Shown here piece by piece: positions 39,356 through 49,155 of a stretch of DNA of 64,000 nt. Source of the DNA: Lautropia sp. (lineage in GTDB: Bacteria > Pseudomonadota > Gammaproteobacteria > Burkholderiales > Burkholderiaceae_E); NCBI GenBank assembly GCA_030530775.1, contig JAUMUG010000007.1, positions 10,690 to 74,689 on the forward strand, read 5' to 3'. The position numbers and the translations under genes were made by a program. Every line of letters starts with the position of its first letter. Positions within the stretch are counted from its first letter, which is position 1. The notes under the pieces were generated by a model. The model saw only the letters and a list, made by a program, of their open reading frames with translations, searched no databases and was not told where the DNA came from.

Positions 39356-42043
39356 ATGAATAAATACGATTTGACACATGATCAGATGCTGTCCACCGGG
39401 ACACCGACCTTCAATCCGCTCCAGGCGCCCCGGACACTGGTGGCCGTGTGCCTGAGCGCCGGTCTGCTGGCCGCCTGTGGCGGCAACGGCGGCAACGATC
39501 AAAGCGGGGCCAGCAACAATGCTGCCGGCCCGTCGACACTGGCTGTCGACACCAATGCGCTGACCGTCGCACAAGTTTTCCAGGACGAGCCGGCCGCTGG
39601 TCCAGTCATGCCTGCAGCCGACCATGAATCCATGTTCCATCCCGAGAAACTGACGCCGGCCGTCAACGTCACCGAAACGCAGCCCACCATCATCACCCCT
39701 CCTTCGGTCGTCACGGATGGTGGCACGGTGCGCGTCGGTAAAGCCGTCAACCGGACATTCGGCCAGTATCGCAATGGTTTCATCGTCTCCGTAAGCCGTA
39801 CGCTGGATGGCGTGGCCGTTCTGGACGGTGATCAGGAAAGCTATACACCGACCGAGGCCGACATCGGCAAGAAACTGGTCTATCACGAAACGGTGCTGAA
39901 CCCCGACACCAACGAGCGTATCGTGGCTTCCAGTGAGGCCATCACCGTAATCGGCGCCAGCACACCTGCGGCCATCAAGGCCCCGCAATTCTCGGTATCC
40001 GGCTCGATGGTCAAGGTCGGCACCCCGGTCACCCGGGTCAGCGGCACCTATGAACAGGGCGAACCGGTCGAACGCTTCCGTCTGCGAAACGGTGTCCGCA
40101 TCGAAAACAGCGGTGAAGACAGCTATACCCCCGTCGAAGCCGATATCGGCCAGCGCCTGATCTATGCAGAACGGGTTCAGAACCCGGTGACCGGCGAAAC
40201 CATTACAGTCTACAGCCAGGAAGTCATCGTTGCCGACGTCGACGGTTCGATTCCGCAAGCAGCCATCAGCCTGCCCAGCAGCCATACGACGGCCAACAAC
40301 ACTGCCACGGCAAAGAACAGCACATCCACCCGTCCGGTCGTGACCACCGCTCCCCGCTTTGCGCCGGCCAATACGATCATCATGGTCGGCACGCCGGTCA
40401 CCCGGGTGTCCGGCACCTATCAAAACGGTGTGGCCTATCAGGGCTTCCGTCTGCGCAACGGTGTGGAAATCCACAACGGCTACGGTGCAACCTACACCCC
40501 GGTTGCTGCCGATGTCGGGCAGAAGCTCGTCTACGGCGAACGCGTGCGCAACCCGCAGACCGGCGAAACCATCACCGTCTACAGCGCCGAAGTGACAGTC
40601 GTCGACGCAAAGGCGCCTTCGGTACGCAAAGCTCCGATCATCGCACTGGCCAGTCGTATCCGTCTGGGCAACACCCTGACCCCCACCACCGGTACTTATC
40701 GTGACGGCCAGGTGTACGAACGGCTGTGGATGCGTGACGGTGTGGCCATCGCTGGCGCCACCGGCACCAGCTACCGTCCAGTCCAGGCCGATGTCGGCAA
40801 GAATCTGACCTATGGCGAACGGGTCCGCAACACAGCCAACGGCAAGACGGCAACCTTCTACAGCGCTCCTGTCCGGATCGTGGGTCTCGACTTCCCGTCG
40901 ATGCACAGCCAGCCGAAAATGTCGGTCGGCACCGGCAATGCAGTCGTCGGCCAAACCGTGACCCGCACGATGGGCGTCTACAAGAACGGTACCGTGGCGC
41001 ATGCCCGCTGGTATGTCAATGGCGAAGAGCTCGGCTGGGGCCCCAGGTATACTCCGAAAGCCGCAGATGTGGGCAAAAGATTGGTGTATCGCGAGGAAGT
41101 GCACAGCCCGAGTGGCGAGATCGTCACTTTCTCGACGCCTGCTGCCACGGTGGTAGCAGCCCCTGCCAGTACCTCCACGGCATCGACCACTACCAACAGC
41201 ACATCGAGCAGCCAGAGCGCAGCCACGGGCAGCACCAGCGCCTCGTCTTCGCGCACCATCAACTCGGTGCAGACCATCATCGACGACATGCGTCTGGCCA
41301 ACGACAGCAAACTGGCCGGTGTGAATCAGAGCTACGGCTGGGCCAAGGGTCCGGGTCACGTGGTCATGGGCAACAATCCGCGCGGCAGCAACACGCCGAG
41401 CTACTGGAGCCCCTACAACACCGCCTATAAGAGCGATGCCTACTGGAAGGCGGTCATCCCCTGGGTCGTGGTGTTCGACGGCGAAGGCAATCAGGCCACC
41501 AACACCCGGGTTCAGATGCGCAATCTGAAGCTGTACATCAAACGCAAATCCACCAACAAGTGGGACAAACTGGTCGACGAGCGCGTTTCCGGCGCGAACT
41601 ATCCGAAATCCCTGCAAGGAGATAACGTCACAACCCCTGATCTGCGATACGAAACTGATGGAACCCGCTCGGTTCTGCCGAGCGGAGGCAACAACCTCTT
41701 CCACGGCTGGGGCAATATCGCCAACCTGGACGGATGGGATGTGCAGGCTGTATTCGTGACGATGCAGGCCCGGCTGGTGGTGAATGACACCAGCAAACCG
41801 GACGATCGCTCGAAGGCCCGCTACCTGATCCACATCGGTGGTGACTACTACCCCGAAACGTGGACCCGGGTCAGCCATCTGGCGCCGTCATACTACTTCC
41901 CGGGCATTGGCCTGTCCCGCGCGAAGTTTGTGACGAACGAATGGCAGTCCTACAACTTCGCCAACCTGGATATCGCTGTCCAGGAACCCGGCGGCTCGAT
42001 CACCACGCAGGAACTGCGCAGCAACCCGCCGCCGTTGGAATGA
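39356..42043 (+). CDS. large repeat-containing lipoprotein: five ~95-aa tandem repeats, Ser/Thr linker, C-terminal domain paralogous to the 4185-5012 product
   Basis: Lipobox LLAACGG. Five repeats of pattern VGtPVTRvSGTY..G....FRLRNGV.I....g.sYTPv.ADvG..LvY.ErV.NP.TGETItvYS.ev.Vv. Linker ASTSTASTTTNSTSSSQSAATGSTSASSS. The C-terminal ~260 aa share ...VQMRNLKLYIKRKSTNKWDKL... and ...LFHGWGNIANLDGWDVQAVFVTMQARLVV...HIGGDYYPE with the 4185-5012 protein. Confidence 0.7.
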   Translation: MNKYDLTHDQMLSTGTPTFNPLQAPRTLVAVCLSAGLLAACGGNGGNDQSGASNNAAGPSTLAVDTNALTVAQVFQDEPAAGPVMPAADHESMFHPEKLTPAVNVTETQPTIITPPSVVTDGGTVRVGKAVNRTFGQYRNGFIVSVSRTLDGVAVLDGDQESYTPTEADIGKKLVYHETVLNPDTNERIVASSEAITVIGASTPAAIKAPQFSVSGSMVKVGTPVTRVSGTYEQGEPVERFRLRNGVRIENSGEDSYTPVEADIGQRLIYAERVQNPVTGETITVYSQEVIVADVDGSIPQAAISLPSSHTTANNTATAKNSTSTRPVVTTAPRFAPANTIIMVGTPVTRVSGTYQNGVAYQGFRLRNGVEIHNGYGATYTPVAADVGQKLVYGERVRNPQTGETITVYSAEVTVVDAKAPSVRKAPIIALASRIRLGNTLTPTTGTYRDGQVYERLWMRDGVAIAGATGTSYRPVQADVGKNLTYGERVRNTANGKTATFYSAPVRIVGLDFPSMHSQPKMSVGTGNAVVGQTVTRTMGVYKNGTVAHARWYVNGEELGWGPRYTPKAADVGKRLVYREEVHSPSGEIVTFSTPAATVVAAPASTSTASTTTNSTSSSQSAATGSTSASSSRTINSVQTIIDDMRLANDSKLAGVNQSYGWAKGPGHVVMGNNPRGSNTPSYWSPYNTAYKSDAYWKAVIPWVVVFDGEGNQATNTRVQMRNLKLYIKRKSTNKWDKLVDERVSGANYPKSLQGDNVTTPDLRYETDGTRSVLPSGGNNLFHGWGNIANLDGWDVQAVFVTMQARLVVNDTSKPDDRSKARYLIHIGGDYYPETWTRVSHLAPSYYFPGIGLSRAKFVTNEWQSYNFANLDIAVQEPGGSITTQELRSNPPPLE

Positions 42044-42811
42044 CACGGCGGACCTGAAAGCTCGACACGAGCAATGACCGGCCACGGCTGGTCCGTCCGT
42101 GACCCGAGCCAGTCTCGTCTGCAGAGCATTCAGGCGTAACCTCCCAGGGGGAACCGGCCAGCCGGTTCCCCCTTTCTTTTCGAATGGGACCCGGTAAGCA
42201 AAGCGCCTGCTGCCGGCGCCCCGAATATGCCGGGCCAACCACTGGCACGGCTCGAGCAATGCGCACTTTCACGACGATTGCCCCACAGCAGCCGCTCGAT
42301 CTGACGGCAGTGTGGATATCCAGCGGCGATGAATCCACGACGCAAATGCCATGAAATCCATGCCCATAACTTCGACAGCCGGCAGCGACGGCCTGCAACG
42401 CGCCTCAGCCCGCCAAGAAAGCGGGAAAACGCCATACAACCGAAACGGATCGAGCACAAACCATGTCATGCAGCAGCATGGTCGGCGGTGATGGCTCCAC
42501 TGCCTGGCCGATACGCGTCCGCAGAACCAGGCCAGCAAACCAAACGCTCGAAGCATCGAGAAGCTGAAGACGGAAGTCCCTGCCCGACGCAGTTCATGAC
42601 CGATACAGCCCACGGCTGTTCGCTACTTCCTGGCAACAGCCCCGTATCGTTGCGCTTTGCGTCTCTCCCAGCGCCCACCATCTCATTCCATGCGTGCCAG
42701 AGGGATGCAAATCGCAAAGCGCGGATACGTGGTGAGAACGTATCCGCGCCATTGCATGTCCCGGACGTTGCCGGGCCTATCGTGCCGGAGAAAGCACCGG
42801 GACACCGGTAC

Positions 42812-45064
42812 TCAGAACTTCGTGGGCTTGATCCTCGGTTCGGTGCGCTGACCACTGCGATGCCGCTGCTGTTCAGCCAGATCGTCATCCGCGAACATCG
42901 GCCGCGTTTCCGGGCCGGAAACATCGATATTCGGCTCGCGCGGTCCTGGTGGCTGCACGGCAGCCGTCCGGGCGGGAGCCGACGCTGGACGGAAGGCGGT
43001 CTGCGACCGGGAAGCTACGGTGTTCCTTTGAGCCGTCATGCCGGCTATCGCCGCTCCCCGCCGTCCCCCGGCGCCAAAAGCTGCACCACGCGGGAAAGCC
43101 GACCGAGGTTGCTGTTCCGGTGTGCTGCCCTGGGCAGTTGCAGCCAGTCCTGGAACCGGTGCTCCGGATGCTCCGGGTACTCCCGGCGCGGCTGCCGACA
43201 CATCGGCGGCAGCCGTCGTATCATGGCCAGGGTCCGAACCCGCAAAGGAGCGTTTGATGCCCCCCGGTACACTCCCTTTGGGAAACGCCGAGCGGGCCGT
43301 TTCACCTGCAGCCACAGTATTCGGAACCGAAGGCACATCCTGCCCGGCTACGGTCGGTGCCATTTGACCGGCCCCCTCCGCCCCCCCCGGCAACAGACGC
43401 TGTGCACCGCGTTGGGCCGCCAGTTGAGCAGCCGGCAGAACTCCGTCGGTCGGGAATTCGACCTTACCGCCCCATTTGCTGGCAAAGCCACTGCCTGCAA
43501 AGCCCGGCCGCAAGGGAGCTCCTCCCCCGCCCCGACCCAATTCGGCAGCCGTCGGTGCCAACGGGCCATGGCGATAACGCCAGGCCACCAGACCCAGGGT
43601 GAAGAACATCAGGAAACCATGGCTGACCAGGATGACACCCGTATTGGAATACACCGACAGCAGCAGCGTAACCGCCAGACTGGCCATCAACGTGCGGCAC
43701 AGCACCCGATCCCATGCAGACTGGATTTCGCCGAAGCACTTGAGCACGATGCGGATGGCACCAAAAATCATGCTGTAGTACAACAGAGCACCGACAAGGC
43801 CAAAGTCCCACAGAATGGTCGAAGCCGACAACAGATCGATGTGCATCCCGGGATGAGCCACGAACATATGGCCCGGATCCGGCACCAGCGCATCCACACC
43901 GTAGGAGGAGCCCAGCCCCGTCCCAAACAGCGTGTGCATCGGGTTGTTCCAGGATTGGGACTCGAACCAATAGGGAATCGCTGTCAGACGGTTGACCCCG
44001 GTGGCGTAGTAGCTGCCGGAACCGAAGTTGTATTCGATGGTGTTCCGGATATTGTCAGCCGCGTTCATCTCGGCGATGTCACCCGCCACCTGCACGATGA
44101 AGTAGAAATATCCCAGGACCGCTCCAACGACAAGCGTGGCCACGACGATACCCAGAAAGGCCAGCGGCCGTTTGGACACCATGTCGAAATAAGCCGAGAA
44201 CAGAATGACCGGCACCAGGGCCATCACCACCTTGGTTTCACCCAGGCCCAGCGGCACGAGGAAGGCAGCCGCAAGCAACAGGGTGACGAAACCATTGAGC
44301 AGCCGCTCGCGCCAGGCGCAGAACACGCCGAATAGCATCAGCAGCTGGAACATGGCCATGATGGAGCTGGCGCCACCACCCGTCATCGACCCCTCGAAAG
44401 TGCCCACGATGATGTCGAAAGGCACGAAACCGGGTCGGTCGAAGGACATGACCTGCGGCACCAGTACGACCCGTTGGTACAGCGTGAACGGCAACTGAAC
44501 CAACGCCATACCAACCAGGAACAGCATCCAGCCCCTGACCTGACGTTCGGTGAACGGCACGACTGCCAGCAGGAACATCACGCCCCAGAACTGAAAGTGC
44601 CGCTTGGCACCACCCGCCAGCTCGTTCAGCGAGCCTTCCGAGAAAAAACTGGTGATGATGGCCAGCAGGATGAACGCAATGGCAGTGAAGATGAACGGTG
44701 GCAACGGCCGTTGGAAACGCTTGTTGCCAACGGCCGAATACAGCACGGCCGCCCCGGCCATGAAAATGCCCAGCAGCGAGAACAGCCACGAAATCCGCGC
44801 CATCCCTGGTGAAAAGAAGCCGACCGGGCCATTGATCAGCATGACGCCGATCAGCAGGATCCAGACAGCGATCGGCAAAGCATTGAGCAGCAGCAAACCG
44901 GCGATGCCCCCGAGAGCGAGGGCGATCAGGATCAGGTCGCCGGTGGCCACCACCAATCCGACGGCAGCACCTGCCGCCAGGAAAGCAGCCCCCATCATGA
45001 TCGGCAACCAGGGCTGATCACCATTGAGCAGGGGGATGCGGTTCAACAGGGATGAGTTCGACAT
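42812..45064 (-). CDS. Wzy-type polysaccharide polymerase / O-antigen-ligase-domain protein with ~270-aa Gly/Ala/Pro-rich C-terminal tail
   Basis: N-terminal ~480 aa have 10-12 TM helices plus the large periplasmic loop typical of Wzy_C proteins. The tail is low-complexity (RGGGGAPLRPGFAGSGFASK..., SAFPKGSVPGG..., SAFPRGAAFGAGG...). Adjacent to the chain-length determinant. Confidence 0.6.
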   Translation of the reverse strand: MSNSSLLNRIPLLNGDQPWLPIMMGAAFLAAGAAVGLVVATGDLILIALALGGIAGLLLLNALPIAVWILLIGVMLINGPVGFFSPGMARISWLFSLLGIFMAGAAVLYSAVGNKRFQRPLPPFIFTAIAFILLAIITSFFSEGSLNELAGGAKRHFQFWGVMFLLAVVPFTERQVRGWMLFLVGMALVQLPFTLYQRVVLVPQVMSFDRPGFVPFDIIVGTFEGSMTGGGASSIMAMFQLLMLFGVFCAWRERLLNGFVTLLLAAAFLVPLGLGETKVVMALVPVILFSAYFDMVSKRPLAFLGIVVATLVVGAVLGYFYFIVQVAGDIAEMNAADNIRNTIEYNFGSGSYYATGVNRLTAIPYWFESQSWNNPMHTLFGTGLGSSYGVDALVPDPGHMFVAHPGMHIDLLSASTILWDFGLVGALLYYSMIFGAIRIVLKCFGEIQSAWDRVLCRTLMASLAVTLLLSVYSNTGVILVSHGFLMFFTLGLVAWRYRHGPLAPTAAELGRGGGGAPLRPGFAGSGFASKWGGKVEFPTDGVLPAAQLAAQRGAQRLLPGGAEGAGQMAPTVAGQDVPSVPNTVAAGETARSAFPKGSVPGGIKRSFAGSDPGHDTTAAADVSAAAPGVPGASGAPVPGLAATAQGSTPEQQPRSAFPRGAAFGAGGRRGAAIAGMTAQRNTVASRSQTAFRPASAPARTAAVQPPGPREPNIDVSGPETRPMFADDDLAEQQRHRSGQRTEPRIKPTKF

Positions 45065-45076
45065 GCCGACAGGGGC

Positions 45077-46522
45077 TTAGTTACCAAGCCGCAGAGAAGG
45101 CGGGGTCACGGACGGGCCTGTACCACCGATGAGACGCTGGGCACGAGTCGACTGCGACGGCGGTAACACGGCCAACACAGGAATACCGGCAGCCTGCAGC
45201 AGATCGTCGGCATTGCGCAATGGACGCTGCGCGGCCTCGAGAGCAAAGGCAGCCAGAAGACCAATGAACAGACCCAGGAACAAGCCGACAGCCGTATTCA
45301 GGACCAGATTGGGGCGGCTGGGCAGCAACGGAGTGACGGCCGGTGTGATGACGCTGATATTGGAATAACCTGCGCTCATCCCCACGGTGGTTTCGGTCAG
45401 CCGGCGTGCCACCAAATCATAGGCTTTCTGCGCGCTGGCCAGATCCTGTTGCAGGATGGCGACCTGATCGCGCTTGCCACGCAGGCTGAGCACCTTGGCT
45501 TTCTGAGCTTCGACGGCAGCAACCAACTCTTTCTCGCGCTGCTGGTTGACGGTGTTGGCCGTACGGATGCTGGACTTGACGCGAGCCACCTCTGTCTGCA
45601 GGCGGGTGCGCAGTTCCTGCACTTCGGCCTGAGCCTGTAGACGAACCGGATGATTGGCACCATATTGAGCCGATGTCTGACCCAATTTGGCTTCGGCTTT
45701 GCCCAGCTCGGACGTCAGCGCCTGGATCAGCTCATTGGCAACGACTTCGGGAATGGCCATGTCCCCCCCGCGGCCGGCCACCGCACTGCGCGAACGGCTT
45801 TCCGACAGAGCGGCCTGCACCTGAACCAGCTGGGTGGACAGTTCCTGCAGACGCTGGTTTTCGACGTCGATGCGTTCATCACTGGTGATGATGCCACTCT
45901 CGCGCTGATAGTCGGTCAGCTTCTTCTGCGCTTCCTCGACGCGGATCTTGTATTCCTTGGCCTGTTCACCGAAGCGTTGGGCATATTCCTGGGCTGGCCT
46001 GGTCTTCAGATCGAGAGCGGCTGCCTTGTAGGCATTGGCAAAGCCGTTGGCGATCTGGGAGGCACGCTCGGCACCGGTCCACTCGGCCCGGATGGTGATC
46101 GTGGTGCCATCCGTGGAGGACGTGACCTTGATCGCCTTGAGCAAGTTGGTGGACAACCACTGGCTGATATCGCCACGGCCTTTGGTGGCACTCTGCCACT
46201 GGGCCCGGATATCTGCATCCTGATCCAGCTTCAGATCGCGGATGACACGGGAGACCACCTGATCACTTTGAATCAGCTCGGTCTGGCTTGCCAACATGTT
46301 ACGAATGGTCTCGCGCGAAAATGCCGGCGCTCCGGATACCTGATCGACCGTGTTGGCATCGACATAGACGGTGGTGGCGGCACTGTAGCGCTTGCTCATC
46401 AGCAGGCTGCCGGTAATGGCTGTCAGGGTCGTGACGGCCACGATGGCAGCAACCAGCCAAAACCGGGATCTAAGAATTCCAAAAAGCAAATCGAAACGCA
46501 TGGGGCTACCTGGAAAAGGCAC
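45077..46522 (-). CDS. polysaccharide chain-length determinant protein (Wzz / GumC / EpsF family)
   Basis: N-terminal TM helix, Wzz domain, long coiled-coil periplasmic region (...QRLQELSTQLVQVQAALSE..., ...VQELRTRLQTEVARVKSSI...), C-terminal TM helix, then Pro-rich tail. No fused kinase domain. Confidence 0.8.
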   Translation of the reverse strand: MPFPGSPMRFDLLFGILRSRFWLVAAIVAVTTLTAITGSLLMSKRYSAATTVYVDANTVDQVSGAPAFSRETIRNMLASQTELIQSDQVVSRVIRDLKLDQDADIRAQWQSATKGRGDISQWLSTNLLKAIKVTSSTDGTTITIRAEWTGAERASQIANGFANAYKAAALDLKTRPAQEYAQRFGEQAKEYKIRVEEAQKKLTDYQRESGIITSDERIDVENQRLQELSTQLVQVQAALSESRSRSAVAGRGGDMAIPEVVANELIQALTSELGKAEAKLGQTSAQYGANHPVRLQAQAEVQELRTRLQTEVARVKSSIRTANTVNQQREKELVAAVEAQKAKVLSLRGKRDQVAILQQDLASAQKAYDLVARRLTETTVGMSAGYSNISVITPAVTPLLPSRPNLVLNTAVGLFLGLFIGLLAAFALEAAQRPLRNADDLLQAAGIPVLAVLPPSQSTRAQRLIGGTGPSVTPPSLRLGN

Positions 46523-46934
46523 AGAAGTGCCGATTGTCGGACGGGCGACGGATTAAAGCGATGAGATACTGCACATCGATGCGCATCAACCGATCAACGC
46601 ATGACGGCAGGCGGCCGTGGAACGCAAATCGGCACACCAACGCGATGCCGCAACCACGATTGTTCAGGCACGGCATTCTGACGCAACGAAGGGTCGAATG
46701 GGTGGGCAGGCATCGCATTCGCCCGCTATTATCCCAGTTTCCGGCCAAAGGCGGGCCCGAATTGTCATATCGACCGACAGTCGGGCATCGGGACTGCCAC
46801 GATCTCCCGGCCAGCAGCCGTTCATCGGCGCCCACGGGTCCCATCGTCCCCGACCGGGGCGGCACTGGCCGATACGGAAACAGAGGCTTCGATACGCCTG
46901 CACACAACCTGGCTCACAAAGAGTGGAATTTGCC

Positions 46935-46977
46935 TGTAAAAATGCGCCCGCAACGTAGCGCTTTTGTAAAAAACGCC
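46935..46977. repeat. imperfect palindrome plus direct TGTAAAAA repeats in the 1-kb EPS leader
   Basis: TGTAAAAATGCGCccgcaacgtaGCGCTTTTGTAAAAAACGCC, read directly. AT-rich island inside an otherwise GC-rich non-coding region. Confidence 0.3.
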
Positions 46978-47535
46978 ATTTCCACGCTGCTCAAATATGG
47001 AAATCAGTCAAATCCTGAATGGGTACCCCGACCCTCCTGGCTTGTGCAAGGATATTACCCGTTCCGTCGTCCCTGATGCCTGGTCCACGGAAATCGCAAA
47101 GGCCAGAGACGGCTCCTCCCCCGGGAAACGATGTCCTGGCACAACAGTCCGGCCCTCGTCTGCCCTGGATCGATGGAATCCTCCGTACCGACGCCCGGAC
47201 GGCGGGCATCGCCTCCAGCCCCTCGAATGCTGCCGGGGCCCCGGAAAGATGGCCTGCATCGGCACCGGGGGCCTCACTGCACTTCCCTCGCCCCAAAGAA
47301 GAGCGCCTTTGTGCAGAATTGCCTCGAACAAATCGTGCCAATGTTTCAAGATCCGGCATCGTCCAGCCCGCTTCCCCATGTCTACACGGGGCTGTTCGTC
47401 GAGAATTTTCCCCATTTTCGGCGGTAAACGCTGCGCGGTCGACGAGAATCAGGGACAATCCCCGATGACCGCCCCGAGCCATTGCCGGGTGCTTGACCGT
47501 GTTTCACCCGTTTTCATCGAGACTCTCCAGCCAAC

Positions 47536-48495
47536 ATGAACAACCCGATCGACCAAAACCCGACTGGCACTCCTTCGACCCATCCCGATGGTGGTCAGAC
47601 AGCGGGCAATGCTCTGATCAGCGAAAGCGCAAAACTGCCTGCCTTCAATGCAGCCAACCGCAAGACGCTGATGATGGGCGGTATTCTGGTTGCCAACGGC
47701 AAATTGCGACAGGACCAGATCGATCTGGTGCTGAATGAGCAGCGGGTCACCAACCTGCGCTTTGGTGAAACGGCCATCCGGATGCGCCTGGTTTCCCACG
47801 CAGATGTGGAAGAGGCGCTGGCCATCCAGTTCGGCTATTCGTCCTCCCGCGCCTCTGCCCTGGCACTACCCGACAAAGTGACCAGCGCCGTCAACCCCTA
47901 TTCGCCCTTTGCCGAGGCCCTGCGGGGCCTGCGCAGCCAGCTGATGACCCGCTGGTTCGACGGTACCCCCGAACGCTCGACCCTGTCGATCACCAGTGTG
48001 GACCGTGGCGATGGCAAGAGCTTCGTCTGTGCCAACCTGGGCGTGGCTTTTTCGCAGATCGGCCAGCGTACGCTGATCATCGACGGCGACCTGCGCCATC
48101 CCACCCAACACCTGAACTTCGGTCTGCGCAATCAGATGGGTCTGTCCGGCATTCTGAGTGGCCGAGCCGGTCTAGAAGAAGTGATGGAGTTCCCGACACT
48201 GCCGAACCTGTCGGTGCTACCCTCTGGCCCGCAGCCGCCGAATCCCCAGGAGCTTCTGGGCCGCGATATCTTCGCGGATCTGCTGCAAACCCTGTCGCAG
48301 CACTACGATGTGATCCTGATCGACACGCCCTCGGCTCAGGAAGCCTCGGACGCCATGGTGATCGGCCAGCGCGCCGGAGCAGCGCTGATCGTCGGCCGCA
48401 AGAACAAGACCAAAGCCACGGAAATCGCCCAGTTGGCCTCCGTGATGGCCAGCTCGCACATTGCGCTGCTGGGCGCATCCTTGAACGAGTACTGA
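47536..48495 (+). CDS. BY-kinase-type protein-tyrosine kinase, cytoplasmic subunit, PEP-CTERM-locus EpsG-like
   Basis: N-terminal GspE_N-like domain (...GGILVANGKLRQDQIDLVLNEQRV...LVSHADVEEALAIQFGY). P-loop SVDRGDGKSFVCANLG (Walker A), Walker A' ...IIDGDLRHP, Walker B ...VILIDTP. No TM segments, so it needs the separate Wzz-like partner. Confidence 0.8.
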   Translation: MNNPIDQNPTGTPSTHPDGGQTAGNALISESAKLPAFNAANRKTLMMGGILVANGKLRQDQIDLVLNEQRVTNLRFGETAIRMRLVSHADVEEALAIQFGYSSSRASALALPDKVTSAVNPYSPFAEALRGLRSQLMTRWFDGTPERSTLSITSVDRGDGKSFVCANLGVAFSQIGQRTLIIDGDLRHPTQHLNFGLRNQMGLSGILSGRAGLEEVMEFPTLPNLSVLPSGPQPPNPQELLGRDIFADLLQTLSQHYDVILIDTPSAQEASDAMVIGQRAGAALIVGRKNKTKATEIAQLASVMASSHIALLGASLNEY

Positions 48496-49155
48496 TCGCA
48501 GCAGAGATCCCGCTGCGACCCGAGGCACTTGGCGCCTGGGCCGCAGAAATGGTGAAAGCGCACCCGCCGATACACACAGCAGGCTCCGTTCCGGAGGCCC
48601 TGCTCCGGACGGGGCCACCGTCTTTTGGAAACCGGGTTTCGTTTCAGACCGTGCTCGGTTCCATCGATCAAGGCCGTGAATCGAGGATCACGCCAGCCGA
48701 ACCGCATGTGCCTGCCCACGCCAGCGCACCGCACCAGACGCTCATTTGGCATGCAGACGATGCCTTTCCCCTGGACAATGCGAAAACCGCATCGATGCCG
48801 GCCGATACGGTGAGGATTTGCCTCCGTCCGACCGTCCCGTGCACGATCCAGACGCCTGATCCGTGGAAACCACATTGGCAGAAAAAGCGCTCCCGGCGGT
48901 GAGCGCACGTCCTCCCGTTCTGCCTGCCAACACCCACACTCATGCCTGCCTTTCATCCAGTTTCTGCCCTCGATGCCCGCGGTTGCCGGTATAGTTCATG
49001 ACCAGCCCGCTTTTTCCTGCCTCTACGTGCGAAGAGCCTCGAGACACGCTCTCGGCATCCGACGCCCCCTCGGCCAGGACGGTGCAGACATGGCCTGACG
49101 CGGAGACGAAGTAGATTCAAACGGAGCCGCCGGGTCTTTTCCTCGCTTTCGATCG

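Noticed and set aside
39350-41878. 842-aa minus-strand ORF
   Set aside because: Antisense to the repeat lipoprotein gene. The plus-strand product has a signal peptide, repeats and a paralogue elsewhere, whereas this frame is a Gly/Arg/Asp/His-rich shadow.
42329-44335. 668-aa plus-strand ORF
   Set aside because: Lies entirely antisense to the Wzy-like polymerase gene. Its product is Arg/Pro/Gly-rich and low-complexity, with no recognisable domain. High-GC shadow ORF.
46534-47076. 180-aa plus-strand ORF in the EPS leader
   Set aside because: Arg-rich, low-complexity translation overlapped by equally long ORFs on the other strand. Judged non-coding.
48549-48902. 117-aa plus-strand ORF downstream of the tyrosine-kinase gene
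   Set aside because: No SD. Third-position GC is clearly lower than in neighbouring genes, and there is no recognisable domain. It may be non-coding, but a small protein cannot be excluded.
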